A stretch of DNA of 64,000 bases, taken from assembly GCA_026770705.1 (NCBI GenBank), contig JANJGN010000006.1, positions 52,328,001 to 52,392,000 on the forward strand, in the 5' to 3' direction. How positions within the stretch are numbered: the first letter of the stretch is position 1; every line of letters starts with the position of its first letter. The notes beneath the pieces are model-generated. The model did no database searches and had not been told where the DNA came from. It worked only from the letters and a program-made list of their open reading frames with translations. Both the position numbers and the translations under genes were made by a program. Below, piece by piece: positions 29,704 through 42,635 of this stretch. The DNA is from Isurus oxyrinchus (lineage: Eukaryota).

Positions 29704-29897
29704 TCGTGCTATTGCCTTCATTTTGGAAATTCCAGGATGTGCACTGTGCAGTTCAGTTAACAATGGCTTTCAGTCTTTCGGAGGAACAATCACTTGAGCT
29801 CCCCACAAAAAGATACCTTCTTGGCAGGTTATCTCTTATCTTCTCTGGAAATATGATTTCATTTCATCAGATTCTTGTGTTTGTGACCAACCCTGAC
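29704..29897 (-). mobile_element. Ty3/Gypsy LTR-retrotransposon pol fragment (pre-integrase linker and start of the integrase H2C2 zinc-binding region), decayed, copy 1
   Basis: My translation of the minus strand is QGWSQTQESDEMKSYFQRR*EITCQEGIFLWGAQVIVPPKD*KPLLTELHSAHPGISKMKAIAR. GW...LWG.xVIVP...LL.ELH..HPG..KMK.IAR is the characteristic Gypsy (K02A2.6-like) integrase N-terminal motif. There are two in-frame stops, so it is absent from the ORF track. Confidence 0.88.
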
Positions 29898-31069
29898 TTT
29901 CTGAGAGTGAATCTGAGTTTGGTAATAAGTTGGAGAATGAATATGAGTTTGATATTGAGTCTGGGAGTGAATCTAGTTAGATAGTGAATCTGAGAGTGAA
30001 TCTGTGTTTGGTAGTGAGTCTGAGAGTGAATATAATGTTTATATTTCATCTGGGATTGAATCCAGTTAGATAGTGAATCTGAGAATTAATCTGTGTTTTG
30101 TAGTGAGTCTGAGAGTCAATCTGAGTTTAATGGTCTGTGGGTGAATCTGAGTTTGATTGTGAATCTGAGAGTGAATCTGACTTTGATAGGCATCCTGAGA
30201 GTGAACCTGAATTTGATAATGACTCTGAGAGTGAATCTGAATTTAATGGTCTGAGGGTGAATCTGAGTTTGATTATGAGTCTGTGAGTGAATCTGATTTT
30301 GAATGTGAGTCTGACTGAACCTGAGTTGGATTGTGAACCTGAGATTGAATCTGTTTTTGATTGTGAATCTGTGAGTGAATTAGATTTTGATTCTGAGTCT
30401 GTGAGTAAAATTCAGCTTCATAGTGAGTTTGAGAGTAAATTGAAGTCTCACAGTGAGCCAGAACACAAGTGTTGATAGTGTGACAAAGAGTGAATCTGAG
30501 TTTGTTAGTGAGTATGAGAATGAATTTGAATTAGTTTGTGCAGTGGTGAGTAAATCTGATTTCGGTTGCATGTCTGATGGCAAATTGGAATCTGATAGTG
30601 AGTCTGACATTGAATATGAGTTTGATAGTGCGTCCGAGAGTGAATGTGATTTCGATAGCATGTTTGAGAGTCAGTCAGTAACTGCTAGGGTGTCTGAGAG
30701 TGAATCTAAGTTTGATAGTGAGTCTGACAGTAAATCCAAATCTGACAGTGAGTTGGAAAGTGAATCTGTGACTGATGGCAACTCTGCGACAGCATATCAT
30801 TTTGATAGTGGTCATCAGAATTAGCCTGAGTTTGATAGTGTGCCTGAGAATCAGTTTGATTTTGATAGTGTATGTGACAGCAAACCTGAGTTTGATAGTG
30901 AGCCTGAGAGTGAATCTGATTTTGAAGGTGAATCCGTGAGTTAATTTGTTTTTAATTGTGTGCCTGAGAGTGAATCCGAGTCTGATGATGAGTTTGAGAG
31001 TTTATCTCAGTTTCATAGTGTGTTTAAGAATGAATTGGAGTCTTGTAGTGAGTTTGGTAGCAAATCTTG

Positions 31070-31263
31070 TCGTGCTATTGCCTTCATTTTGGAAATTCCA
31101 GGATGTGCACTGTGCGGTTCAGTTAACAATGGCTTTCAGTCTTTTGGAGGAACAACCACTTGAGCTCCCCACAAAAAGATACCTTCTTGGCAGGTTATCT
31201 CTTATCTTCTCTGGAAATATGATTTCATTTCATCAGATTCTTGTGTTTGTGACCAACCCTGAC
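31070..31263 (-). mobile_element. Ty3/Gypsy integrase-region fragment, copy 2
   Basis: Near-identical to 29704-29897 (a few substitutions), with the same junctions. Confidence 0.88.
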
Positions 31264-32435
31264 TTTCTGAGAGTGAATCTGAGTTTGGTAATAAGTTGGA
31301 GAGTGAATATGAGTTTGATATTGAGTCTGGGAGTGAATCTAGTTAGATAGTGAATCTGAGAGTGAATCTGTGTTTGGTAGTGAGTCTGAGAGTGAATATG
31401 ATGTTTATATTTCATCTGGGATTGAATCCAGTTAGATAGTGAATCTGAGAATTAATCTGTGTTTTGTAGTGAGTCTGAGAGTCAATCTGAGTTTAATGGT
31501 CTGTGGGTGAATCTGAGTTTGATTGTGAATCTGAGAATGAATCTGACTTTGATAGGCATCCTGAGAGTGAACCTGAATTTGATAATGACTCTGAGAGTGA
31601 ATCTGAATTTAATGGTCTGAGGGTGAATCTGAGTTTGATTATGAGTCTGTGAGTGAATCTGATTTTGAATGTGAGTCTGACTGAACCTGAGTTGGATTGT
31701 GAACCTGAGATTGAATCTGTTTTTGATTGTGAATCTGTGAGTGAATTAGATTTTGATTCTGAGTCTGTGAGTAAAATTCAGCTTCATAGTGAGTTTGAGA
31801 GTAAATTGAAGTCTCACAGTGAGCCAGAACACAAGTGTTGATAGTGTGACGAAGAGTGAATCTGAGTTTGTTAGTGAGTATGAGAATGAATTTGAATTAG
31901 TTTGTGCAGTGGTGAGTAAATCTGATTTCGGTTGCATGTCTGATGGCAAATTGGAATCTGATAGTGAGTCTGACATTGAATATGAGTTTGATAGTGCGTC
32001 CGAGAGTGAATGTGATTTCGATAGCATGTTTGAGAGTCAGTCAGTAACTGCTAGGGTGTCTGAGAGTGAATCTAAGTTTGATAGTGAGTCTGACAGTAAA
32101 TCCAAATCTGACAGTGAGTTGGAAAGTGAATCTGTGACTGATGGCAACTCTGCGACAGCATATCATTTTGATAGTGGTCATCAGAATTAGCCTGAGTTTG
32201 ATAGTGTGCCTGAGAATCAGTTTGATTTTGATAGTGTATGTGACAGCAAACCTGAGTTTGATAGTGAGCCTGAGAGTGAATCTGATTTTGAAGGTGAATC
32301 CTTGAGTTAATTTGTTTTTAATTGTGTGCCTGAGAGTGAATCCGAGTCTGATGGTGAGTTTGAGAGTTTATCTCAGTTTCATAGTGTGTTTAAGAATGAA
32401 TTGGAGTCTTGTAGTGAGTTTGGTAGCAAATCTTG

Positions 32436-32629
32436 TCGTGCTATTGCCTTCATTTTGGAAATTCCAGGATGTGCACTGTGCAGTTCAGTTAACAATGGCT
32501 TTCGGTCTTTTGGAGGAACAATCACTTGAGCTCCCCACAAAAAGATACCTTCTTGGCAGGTTATCTCTTATCTTCTCTGGAAATATGACTTCATTTCATC
32601 AGATTCTTGTGTTTGTAACCAACCCTGAC
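32436..32629 (-). mobile_element. Ty3/Gypsy integrase-region fragment, copy 3
   Basis: Near-identical to 29704-29897, with the same junctions. Confidence 0.88.
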
Positions 32630-35600
32630 TTTCTGAGAGTGAATCTGAGTTTGGTAATAAGTTGGAGAGTGAATATGAGTTTGATATTGAGTCTGGGAGT
32701 GAATCTAGTTAGATAGTGAATCTGAGAGTGAATCTGTGTTTGGTAGTGAGTCTGAGAGTGAATATAATGTTTATATTTCATCTGGGATTGAATCCAGTTA
32801 GATAGTGAATCTGAGAATTAATCTGTGTTTTGTAGTGATTCTGAGAGTCAATCTGAGTTTAATGGTCTGTGGGTGAATCTGAGTTTGATTGTGAATCTGA
32901 GAGTGAATCTGACTTTGATAGGCATCCTGAGAGTGAACCTGAATTTGATAATGACTCTGAGAGTGAATCTGAATTTAATGGTCTGAGGGTGAATCTGAGT
33001 TTGATTATGAGTCTGTGAGTGAATCTGATTTTGAATGTGAGTCTGACTGAACCTGAGTTGGATTGTGAACCTGAGATTGAATCTGTTTTTGATTCACTCA
33101 ATCTGTGAGTGAATTAGATTTTGATTCTGAGTCTGTGAGTAAAACTCAGCTTCATAGTGAGTTTGAGAGTAAATTGAAGTCTCACAGTGAGCCAGAACAC
33201 AAGTGTTGATAGTGTGACAAAGAGTGAATCTGAGTTTGTTAGTGAGTATGAGAATGAATTTGAATTAGTTTGTGCAGTGGTGAGTAAATCTGATTTCGGT
33301 TGCATGTCTGATGGCGAATTGGAAACTGATAGTGAGTCTGACATTGAATATGAGTTTGATAGTGCATCTGAGAGTGAATGTGATTTCGATTGCATGTTTG
33401 AGAGTCAGTCAGTATCTGCTAGTGTGTCTGAGAGTGAATCTAGGCTTGACAGTGAGTCTGACAGTAAATCCAAATCTGACAGTGAGTTGGAAAGTGAATC
33501 TGTGACTGATGGCAACTCTGCGACAGCATATCATTTTGATGGTGGTCATCAGAATTAGCATGAGTTTGATAGTGTGCCTGAGAGTGAGTTTGATTTTGAT
33601 AGTCCATGTGACAGCAAACCTGAGTTTGATGGTGAGCCTGAGAGTGAATCTGATTTTGAAGGTGAATCCGTGAGTTAATTTGTTTTTAATTGTGAGCCTG
33701 AGAGTGAATCTGAGTCTGATGGTGAATCTGCGTTTGAACGTGTGTCTGACTGAACCCGAGTTGGATTGTTAACCTGAGATTGAATCTGTTTTTGATTGTG
33801 ATTCTGTGAGTGAATTTGTTTTTCATTGTGAGTCTGTGAGTAAAACTCAGCTTCATAGTGAGTTTGAGAGTAAATTAAAGTCTCACAGTGAGCCAGAACG
33901 TGACTCTTGATAGTGCGTCGAAGAGTGAATCTGAATTTGGTATTTAGTTTGAGAATGAATTTGAATTAGTTTGTGCGGTGGTGAGTAAATCTGATTTCGG
34001 TTGCGTGTCTAATGGAGAATTGGAATCTGATAGTGGGTCTGACATTGAATATGAGTGTGATAGTGCATCTGAGAGTGAATCTGATTTTGATAGCAAGTTT
34101 GAGAGTCAGTCAGTATCTGCTATTGTGTCTGAGACTGAACCTGAATTTGACAGTGAGTCTGACAGTGAATCCAATTCTGGCAGTGAGTTGGAAGGTGGAT
34201 CTGTGTCTGATGGTGACTGCAACAGCATATCATTTTGATAGTGGGCATCAGATTTAGCCTGACTTTGATAGGGTGTCTGAGAGTGAGTTTGATTTTGATA
34301 GTGCGTCTGACAGCAAACCTGCGTTTAATGGTGAGCCTGAATTGAGTCAGAGTCTGATTATGAGTCTGGGAGTGAATCTGTGTTTGATGGTGAATCTGAA
34401 TTTGATAGTGATCCTGAGAGCAAATCTGAATTTGATAGTGAGGTTGAGAGTGAACGTGAGTTTGATAATGAGTCTGATAGTGAATTTGAGTTTGATAGTG
34501 TGTCTCCGAGTGAATCTGAATTTCTTAGTCTGAAAGCGAATCTCAGTTTGATAGGGTGCCTGAGAGTCAAACAGATATCGATAGTGAATCTGACATTGAA
34601 TCTGAGTTTGACAGTGCATGTGAGTGTGAATCTGTGCCTCATTGTGATTCTGAGATCAAATCTGATTTAGATAGTGAGGTCAGAGTTAGTCTGAGTTTGA
34701 ATGTGTGTGCGAGAGCGAATCATATTTCGATTGTGAGTTTGAGAATGAACCTGATTTTGATCGTTAGAATGAGCGTGAATCAGAATTTGACAGTGAGCCC
34801 GAGATTGAATCAGAGTTTGATAGATAGTCTGAGAGTGAATCTGAGTTTAACAGTGAGTCTGAGAGCGAATCTTAGTTTGAAAGTGTGCCTGAGAGTTAAT
34901 CTGAGTTTCGTGGTCCGAGAATTAATCTGAGTTTGATAGTGAGTCTGACAGTGAATCTGAGTTTGATGGTGAATCCGAGAGTTAATTTGTTTTTAATTGT
35001 AAGCCTGAGAGTGAATCCGAGTCTGATGGTGAGTTTGAGAGTGAATCTCAGTTTCATAGTGAGTTTGAGCATGAATTGGAGTCTCGTAGTGAGTTTGACA
35101 GCGAACCTTGTCCTGACAGAATTTCTGAGAGTGAATCTGAGTTTGCTAGTAAGTTGGAGAGTGAATATGAGTTTGATCTTGGGTCTGGGAGTGAATCTAG
35201 TTAGATACTGAATCTGAGAGTGAATCTGTGTTTTGTATTAAGTCTGAGAGTGAATATGGTTTTAATATTTCATCTGGGAGTGAAACTAGTTGGATAGTCA
35301 TTTTGAGAATGTATCTGTCTTTGGTAGTAAGTCTGTGAGTGAACCTGAGTTTATAAGTGTGCCTGAGAGTGAACCTGAGTTTAATGATCTGAGGGTGAAT
35401 CTGAGTTTGATTGTGAGTCTGAGAGTGAATCTGATTTTGATCGGGATCCTGAGAGTGAATCTGAATTTGATATTGATTCTGAGAGTGAATCTGAGTTTGA
35501 ACGTGAATCTGACTAAACTGAGTTGGATTGTGAACCTGAGATTGAATCTGTTTTTGATTGTGAATCTGTGAGTGAATTTGTTTCTGATTGTGAGTCTGTG

Positions 35601-36080
35601 AGTAAAACTCAGCTTCATAGTGAGTTTGAGAGTAAATTGAAGTCTCACAGTGAGCCAGAATGTGAATCTTGATAGTGCGTCGAAGAGTGAATCTGAGTTT
35701 GGTAGTGAGTTTGAGAATGAATTTGAATTAGTTGTGCGGTGGTGAGTAAATCTGATTTCGTTTGCGTGTCTGATGGCGAATTGGAATCTGGTAGTGAGTC
35801 TGACATTGAATATGAGTTTGATAGTGCGTCTGAGAGTGAATCTGATTTCGATAGCAAGTTTGCGAGTCATTCAGTATCTGCTAATGTGTCTGAGACTGAA
35901 TCTGAATTTCACAGTGTGTCTGACAGTGAATCCAATTCTGACGTGAGTTGGAAAGTGAATCTGTGTCTGATGGTGACTCTGCGACAGCATATCATTTTGA
36001 TAGTGGGCATCACAGTTAGCCTGAGTTTGATAGTGTGCCTGAGAGTGAGTTTGATTTTGATAGTGCATGTGACAGCAAAC

Positions 36081-36130
36081 CTCTCAAGCTCACTATCTAA
36101 ATCAGATTTCATCTCACAATCACAATCAGG
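36081..36130 (-). repeat. 50-bp inverted fragment of the host satellite, copy 1
   Basis: The reverse complement is CCTGATTGTGATTGTGAGATGAAATCTGATTTAGATAGTGAGCTTGAGAG, which matches + strand satellite (e.g. 36477-36526, 4 mismatches). Confidence 0.95.
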
Positions 36131-37922
36131 TGTTTGAGAGTGAGTTGGATTTTCATAGTGCATCTGACAGCAAACTTGAGTTTGACTGTGAGCCTGAGAG
36201 TGATTCAGAGCCTGATTATGAGTCTGGGAGTGAATCTGAGTTTGATAGTGATCCTGAGAGCAAATCTGAATTTGATAGTGAGGTTGAGAGTGAACCTGAG
36301 TTTGATACTGGGTCTGATAGTGAATTTGAGTTTGTTATTGTGTCTCCGAGTGTATCTGAGTTTCTTAGTCTGAAAGCGAATCTCAGTTTGATAGGGTGCC
36401 TGAGAGTGAATCAGATAGCGATATTGAATCTTGCATTGAATCTGAGTTCGACAGTGCATATGAGTGTGAATCTGTGCCTCATTATGATTCTGAGATGAAA
36501 ACTGATTTAGATAGTGAGCTTGAGAGTTAGTCTGAGTTTGAATGTGTGCATGAGAGCTAATCATATTTCGATTGTGAGTGTGAGAGTGAACCTGATTTTG
36601 ATAGATAGTCTGAGAGTGAATCTGAGCTTGATAGTGAGTCTGAGAGTGAATCTGATTTGATCGTGAGCCTCAAAGTGAATCTAAGTTTAACAGTGAGTCT
36701 GAGAGCGAATCTCAGTTTGAAAGTGTGCCTGATAGTTAATCTGAGTTTCATGGTCCAAGAATTAATCTGAGTTTGATAGTGAGTCTGACAGTGAATCTGA
36801 GTTTGATGGTGAATCCGAGAGTTAATTTGTCTTTAATTGTGAGCCTGAGAGTGAATCCGAGTCTGATGGTGAGTTTGAGAGTGAATCTCAGTTTCATAGT
36901 GAGTTTGAGAATGAATTGGTGTCTCGTTGTGAGTTTGATAGTGAATCTTGTCCTGACCGAGTTTCTGAGAGTGAATCTGAGTTTAGTATTAAGTCGGAGA
37001 ATGAATATGAGTTTGATATTGAGTCTGGGAATGAATCTAATTAGATAGTGAATCGGAGAGTGAATCTGCGTTTGGTAGTGAGTCCAAGAGTGAAAATGAT
37101 TTTAATATTTCATCTGGGAATGTATCTAGTTGGATAGTGATTCTGAGAATAAATCTGTGTTTGGTAGTGAGTTTGAGAGTGAACCTGAGTTTATAAGTGT
37201 GCCTGAGAGTGAATCTGAGTTTAATGATCTGAGGGTGAATCTGAGTTTGATTGTGAGTCTGAGAGTGAATCTGATTTTGATCGGGATCCTGAGAGTGAAC
37301 CTGAATCTGATAGTGACTCTGAGAGTGAAACTGAGTTTGAACACGTGTCTGACTGAACTTGAGTTGGATTGTGAACCTGAGATTGAATCTGATTTTGATT
37401 GTGAATCTGTGAGTGAATTTGTTTCTGATTGTGAGTCTGTGAGTAAAACTCAGCTTCATAGTGAGTTTGAGAGTAAATTGAAGTCTCACAGTGAGCCAGA
37501 ACGTGAATCTTGATAGTGCGTCGAAGAGTGAATCTGAGTTTGGTAGTGAGTTTGAGAATGAATTTGAATTAGTTGTGCGGTGGTGAGTAAATCTGATTTC
37601 GTTTGCGTGTCTGTTGGCGAATTGGAATCTGGTAGTGAGTCTGACATTGAATATGAGTTTGATAGTGCGTCTGAGAGTGAATCTGATTTCGATAGCAAGT
37701 TTGCGAGTCATTCAGTATCTGCTAATATGTCTGAGACTGAATCTGAATTTCACAGTGTGTCTGACAGTGAATCCAATTCTGACAGTGAGTTGGAAAGTGA
37801 ATCTGTGTCTGATGGTGACTCTGCGACAGCATATCATTTTGATAGTGGGCATCACAGTTAGCCTGAGTTTGATAGTGTGCCTGAGAGTGAGTTTGATTTT
37901 GATAGTGCATGTGACAGCAAAC

Positions 37923-37972
37923 CTCTCAAGCTCACTATCTAAATCAGATTTCATCTCACAATCACAATCAGG
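37923..37972 (-). repeat. 50-bp inverted fragment of the host satellite, copy 2
   Basis: Identical to 36081-36130, duplicated with the 1842-bp unit. Confidence 0.95.
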
Positions 37973-40900
37973 TGTCTGAGAGTGAGTTGGATTTTCATAG
38001 TGCATCTGACAGCAAACTTGAGTTTGACTGTGAGCCTGAGAGTGATTCAGAGCCTGATTATGAGTCTGGGAGTGAATCTGAGTTTGATAATGAATCTGAG
38101 TTTGATAGTGATCCTGAGAGCAAATCTGAATTTGATAGTGAGGTTGAGAGTGAACCTGAGTTTGATACTGGGTCTGACAGTGAATTTGAGTTTGTTATTG
38201 TGTCTCCGAGTGTATCTGAGTTTCTTAGTCTGAAAGCGAATCTCAGTTTGATAGGGTGCCTGAGAGTGAATCAGATAGCGATATTGAATCTTGCATTGAA
38301 TCTGAGTTCGACAGTGCATATGAGTGTGAATCTGTGCCTCATTATGATTCTGAGATGAAAACTGATTTAGATAGTGAGCTTGAGAGTTAGTCTGAGTTTG
38401 AATGTGTGCATGAGAGCTAATCATATTTCGATTGTGAGTGTGAGAGTGAACCTGATTTTGATAGATAGTCTGAGAGTGAATCTGAGCTTGATAGTGAGTC
38501 TGAGATTGAATCTGATTTGATCGTGAGCCTCAAAGTGAATCTGAGTTTAACAGTGAGTCTGAGAGCGAATCTCAGTTTGAAAGTGTGCCTGAGAGTTAAT
38601 CTAAGCTTCATGGTCCGAGAATTATCTGAGTTTGATAGAGAGTCTGACAGTGAATCTGAGTTTGATGGTGAATCCGAGCATTAATTTGTCTTTAATTGTG
38701 AGCCTGAGAGTGAATCCGAGTCTGATGGTGAGTTTGAGAGTGAATCTCAGTTTCATAGTGAGTTTGAGAATGAATTGGTGTCTCGTTGTGAGTTTGATCG
38801 TGAATCTTGTCCTGACCGAGTTTCTGAGAGTGAATCTGAGTTTAGTATTAAGTCGGAGAATGAATATGAGTTTGATATTGAGTCTGGGAATGAATCTAAT
38901 TAGATAGTGAATCGGAGAGTGAATCTGCGTTTGGTAGTGAGTCCGAGAGTGAAAATGATTTTAATATTTCATCTGGGAATGTATCTAGTTGGATAGTGAT
39001 TCTGAGAATAAATCTGTGTTTGGTAGTGAGTTTGAGAGTGAACCTGAGTTTATAAGTGTGCCTGAGAGTGAATCTGAGTTTAATGATCTGAGGGTGAATC
39101 TGAGTTTGATTGTGAGTCTGAGAGTGAATCTGATTTTGATCGGGATCCTGAGAGTGAACCTGAATCTGATAGTGACTCTGAGAGTGAAACTGAGTTTGAA
39201 CATGTGTCTGACTGAACTTGAGTTGGATTGTGAACCTGAGATTGAATCTGTTTTTGATTGTGAATCTGTGAGTGAGTTTGTTTTTGATTGTGAGTCTGTG
39301 AGTAAAACTCAGTTTCATAGTGAGTTTGAGAGTAAATTGAAGTCTCACAGTGAGCCAGAACGTGAATCTTGATAGTGCATCGAAGAGTGAATCTGAGTTT
39401 GGTAGTGAGTTTGAGAATGAATTTGAATTAGTTTGTGCGGTGGTGAGTAAATCTGATTTCGGTTGCGTGTCTGAGGGCGAATTGGAATCTGATAGTGAGT
39501 CTGTCATTGAATATGAGTTTGATAGTGCGTCTGAGAATGAATCTAATTTCAATAGCAGGTTTGAGTGTCAGTCAGTGACTGCTAGTATGTCTGAGAGTGA
39601 ATCTGAGTTTGACATTAATTCTGACAGTGAATCCAATTATGATAGTTAGTTGGAAAGTGAATCTGTGTCTGATGGTGACTCTGCAACAGCATATCATTTT
39701 GATAGTGGTCATCAGAATTAGCCTGAGTTGTATAGTGTGCCTGAGAGTGAGTCAGAGGCTGATTATGAGTCTGGAGTGAATCTGAGTTTGATAGTGAGTC
39801 TGACAGCAAATCTGAATTTGATAGTGAGGTTGAGAGTGAACCTGAGTTTGATAGTGAGTCTGATAGTGAATTTGAGTTTGGTTGTGTGTCTCCGAGTGAA
39901 TCTGAATTTTTCAGTTTGAAAGCGAACCTCAGTTTGATAGGGTGCCTGTTATCAATAGTGAATCTGCGCTTGATAGTGAATTTGATAATGAATCTGAGCC
40001 TGATATTGACTCTGAGATTAAATCTCATTTAGATAGTGAACTTGAGAGTATGTCACTGTTTGAATGTGTGCTTGATAGTGAATCATATTTCGATAGTGAG
40101 TCTGACAGTGAATCTGATTTTGATAGTTAAAATGAGGGTGAATCAAAGTTTGATATTTTGCATGAGAGTGAACCTATGTTTGATAGTGCACCTGAGAGTG
40201 AATCAGATTTTGATAGTGAGCCTCAAAGTGAATCTGATTTTGATAGTAAATCTCAGAGTGAATCTGAGCTTGGTAGTGAGTCTGAGTGAATCTGAGTTTG
40301 TTAGTGTGCCTGAGAGTGAATCTGAGCTTGATTGTGTGTCTGTGAGGGAATCTGAGTTTCATAGCCCGAGAGTGAATCTGAGTTTGATAGTGTCTCCTAG
40401 ACAAGATCTCATTTGAGCTTGGGAGTTAGTCTGAGTTTCATTGTGTGTCTGAGAGTGTAGCTGATTTCAATAGTGAGTCTGAGAGTGAATCTGATTTTGA
40501 TAGTGTCTCTGAGCCTGAATCAGTGTTTGATAGTAAGCTTGAGAGTGAATCTTAGTTTGATAGTGAATCTAAGCGTGAACCTGAGTTTCATGGTCTGACC
40601 ATGAATCCGGGTTTCATGGTCCCAGAGTGAATCCGAGTTTGACAGTGAGACTGGTGGTGAATCTCAGCTTGATACTGTATTTGGGAGTGCATTAGTTTTG
40701 ATTGTGAGTCTGAGAGTGAATCTGAGTTTGATATTGTGCTTGAGAGTGGATCACAGTTTGATAGTGTGTTTGAGAATATATTGGACTCTCGTGCGGAGTC
40801 TGAGAGCGAATCCTGTTCTGGCAGTGCACCTAGGATTGAATCTGTAGTGCATCTGAGAGTGAATATGAGTTTGATATTGCGTCTGAGAGTGAATTTGCGT

Positions 40901-42635
40901 TTTATGATGAGTTTGAGATTGAATCTGATTTCGGTAGTGAGTCTGAGAGTGAATCTGAGTTAGACAGTGATCCTGACAGTGATTCCAATTCTGATACTGA
41001 GCAGAGAGTGAATTTGAGTCTGATGGCGACTCTGATACATAATCTCATTTTGATAGTGGGCTTCAGAGTTAGTCTGAGATCTATAGTGTGCCTGAGAGTG
41101 AATTGAATTTTGACAGTGAGAGTGTATTTGAGTTTGATAGTAAATCTGACAGTAAATCTGAATTTGATTGTGAGCATGAGAGTGAATCAGAGTCTGATTA
41201 TGAGTCTGGGAGCAAATCAGAGTTTGGTAGTGGATCTGAGATTGATAGTGAACCTGAGAGCAAACCTGAATTTGATATTGTGTCTGCGACTGAATCTGAG
41301 TTTGAGAGTGAGTCTGATAGTGAATCTGAATTTGATAGTGTGCCGGTGAGTGAATCTGAGTTTGAGAGTGAGTCTGATAGTGAATCTGAGGTTGATAGCC
41401 TGAGATTGAATCTGAGTTTGATGCGGAGCGTGAATCAGATATCGACCATGAATCTGACATTGAATCTGTGTTTGATAGCTCATGTGAGAGTGATTCTGAG
41501 CCTGATAGTGACTCTGAGATGAAATCTCATTTAGCTAGAGGGCCTGAGATTTTGTCTGAGTTTGAATGTGTGCAAGAGATTCAAACTGATTTTGATAGCA
41601 TGTCTGAGAGTGAATCTGATTTTGATAGTTAGAATGAGAGTGACCCTGAGTTTGCTAATGAGCCTCAAAGTGAATCTGAGTTTGATTATCAATGTGAGAG
41701 TGAATCTGAGGTTGAGAGTCACTCTGAGATGAAATCTCATTTTGATAGTGAGCCTTAGAGTTAGTCTGAGTTTGAAAGTGTGCCTGTGAGTGAATCTGAT
41801 TTCAATAGTGAGTCTGAGACTGAATCTGATTTTGATAGTGACTCTGAGAGTGAATCAGAGTTTGATAGTGAGCTTGAGAGTGAATCTTAGTTTGATAGTG
41901 AGCCTGAGTGTGAATTTGAGTTTAATAATGAGTCTGAGAGTGAATCAGAGTTTGATAGTGAGCTTGAGAGTGAATCTTAGTTTGATAGTGAGCCTGGGGG
42001 TAAATCTGAGTTTGATAGTGAGCCACAAAGTGCATCTGGGTTTGACAGTGTGTCTGAGAGTGAATCTGAGTTTGGTAGTGAGCCTGACAGTGAATCTGAG
42101 TTAATGTTGAATCTGAGAGCGAATTTGTTTTTGATTGTGAATCTGAAAATGAATCTGAGTTTGATAGTGAGCTTGAGAGTGAATCTCTGTTTCATAGTGA
42201 GTTTGATAATGATTTGGAGTCTCTGTGAGTCTGATAGTGAACCTTGATCTGACAGTATGCCTGAGAGTGAATCTGAGTTTGATCTTGAATCTAGTTGGAT
42301 AGTGAATCTAAGTTTGAATCCAAGTTTATTAGTGAGTATAAGAATAAACCTGAGTTTGATGGTTTGGGGGTGAATCTGAGTTTGTTTGTGAGTCCAAGAG
42401 TGAATCTGATATTGATAGAGACTCTGAGAGTGAATCTGAATTTGCTAGTGACTCTGAGAGTGAATCTGAGTTTGATAGTGAGCCTGACTGTATCAGAGTT
42501 TGATAGTGAGCCTGACTGAATCTGAGTTTCATAGTGAATCTGAGATTGAATCTGTTTCTGATTGTGAGCCTCAGAGTAAACCTCAGTCTTATAGTGATTT
42601 TGAGAGTGAATTGGAGTCTCACGGTGAGTCCGACA

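Larger units (their letters stand above)
29100..33720 (+). repeat. Young higher-order repeat, unit 1366 bp, ~3.3 copies, carrying a Gypsy fragment
   Basis: The embedded insert starts at 29709, 31075 and 32441 (exact 1366 spacing). Near-identical ORFs start at 29094, 30453, 31819 and 33187. Confidence 0.95.
35200..39540 (+). repeat. Higher-order repeat, unit ~1840-1860 bp, ~2.3 copies
   Basis: The inverted insert lies at 36081 and 37923 (offset 1842). Homologous ORFs start at 35290, 37130 and 38989, and at 36773 and 38632. Confidence 0.9.

Noticed and set aside
29580-29984. 134-aa + strand ORF with apparently unique sequence (also 30946 and 32312)
   Set aside because: It is antisense read-through of the minus-strand Gypsy fragment fused to satellite.
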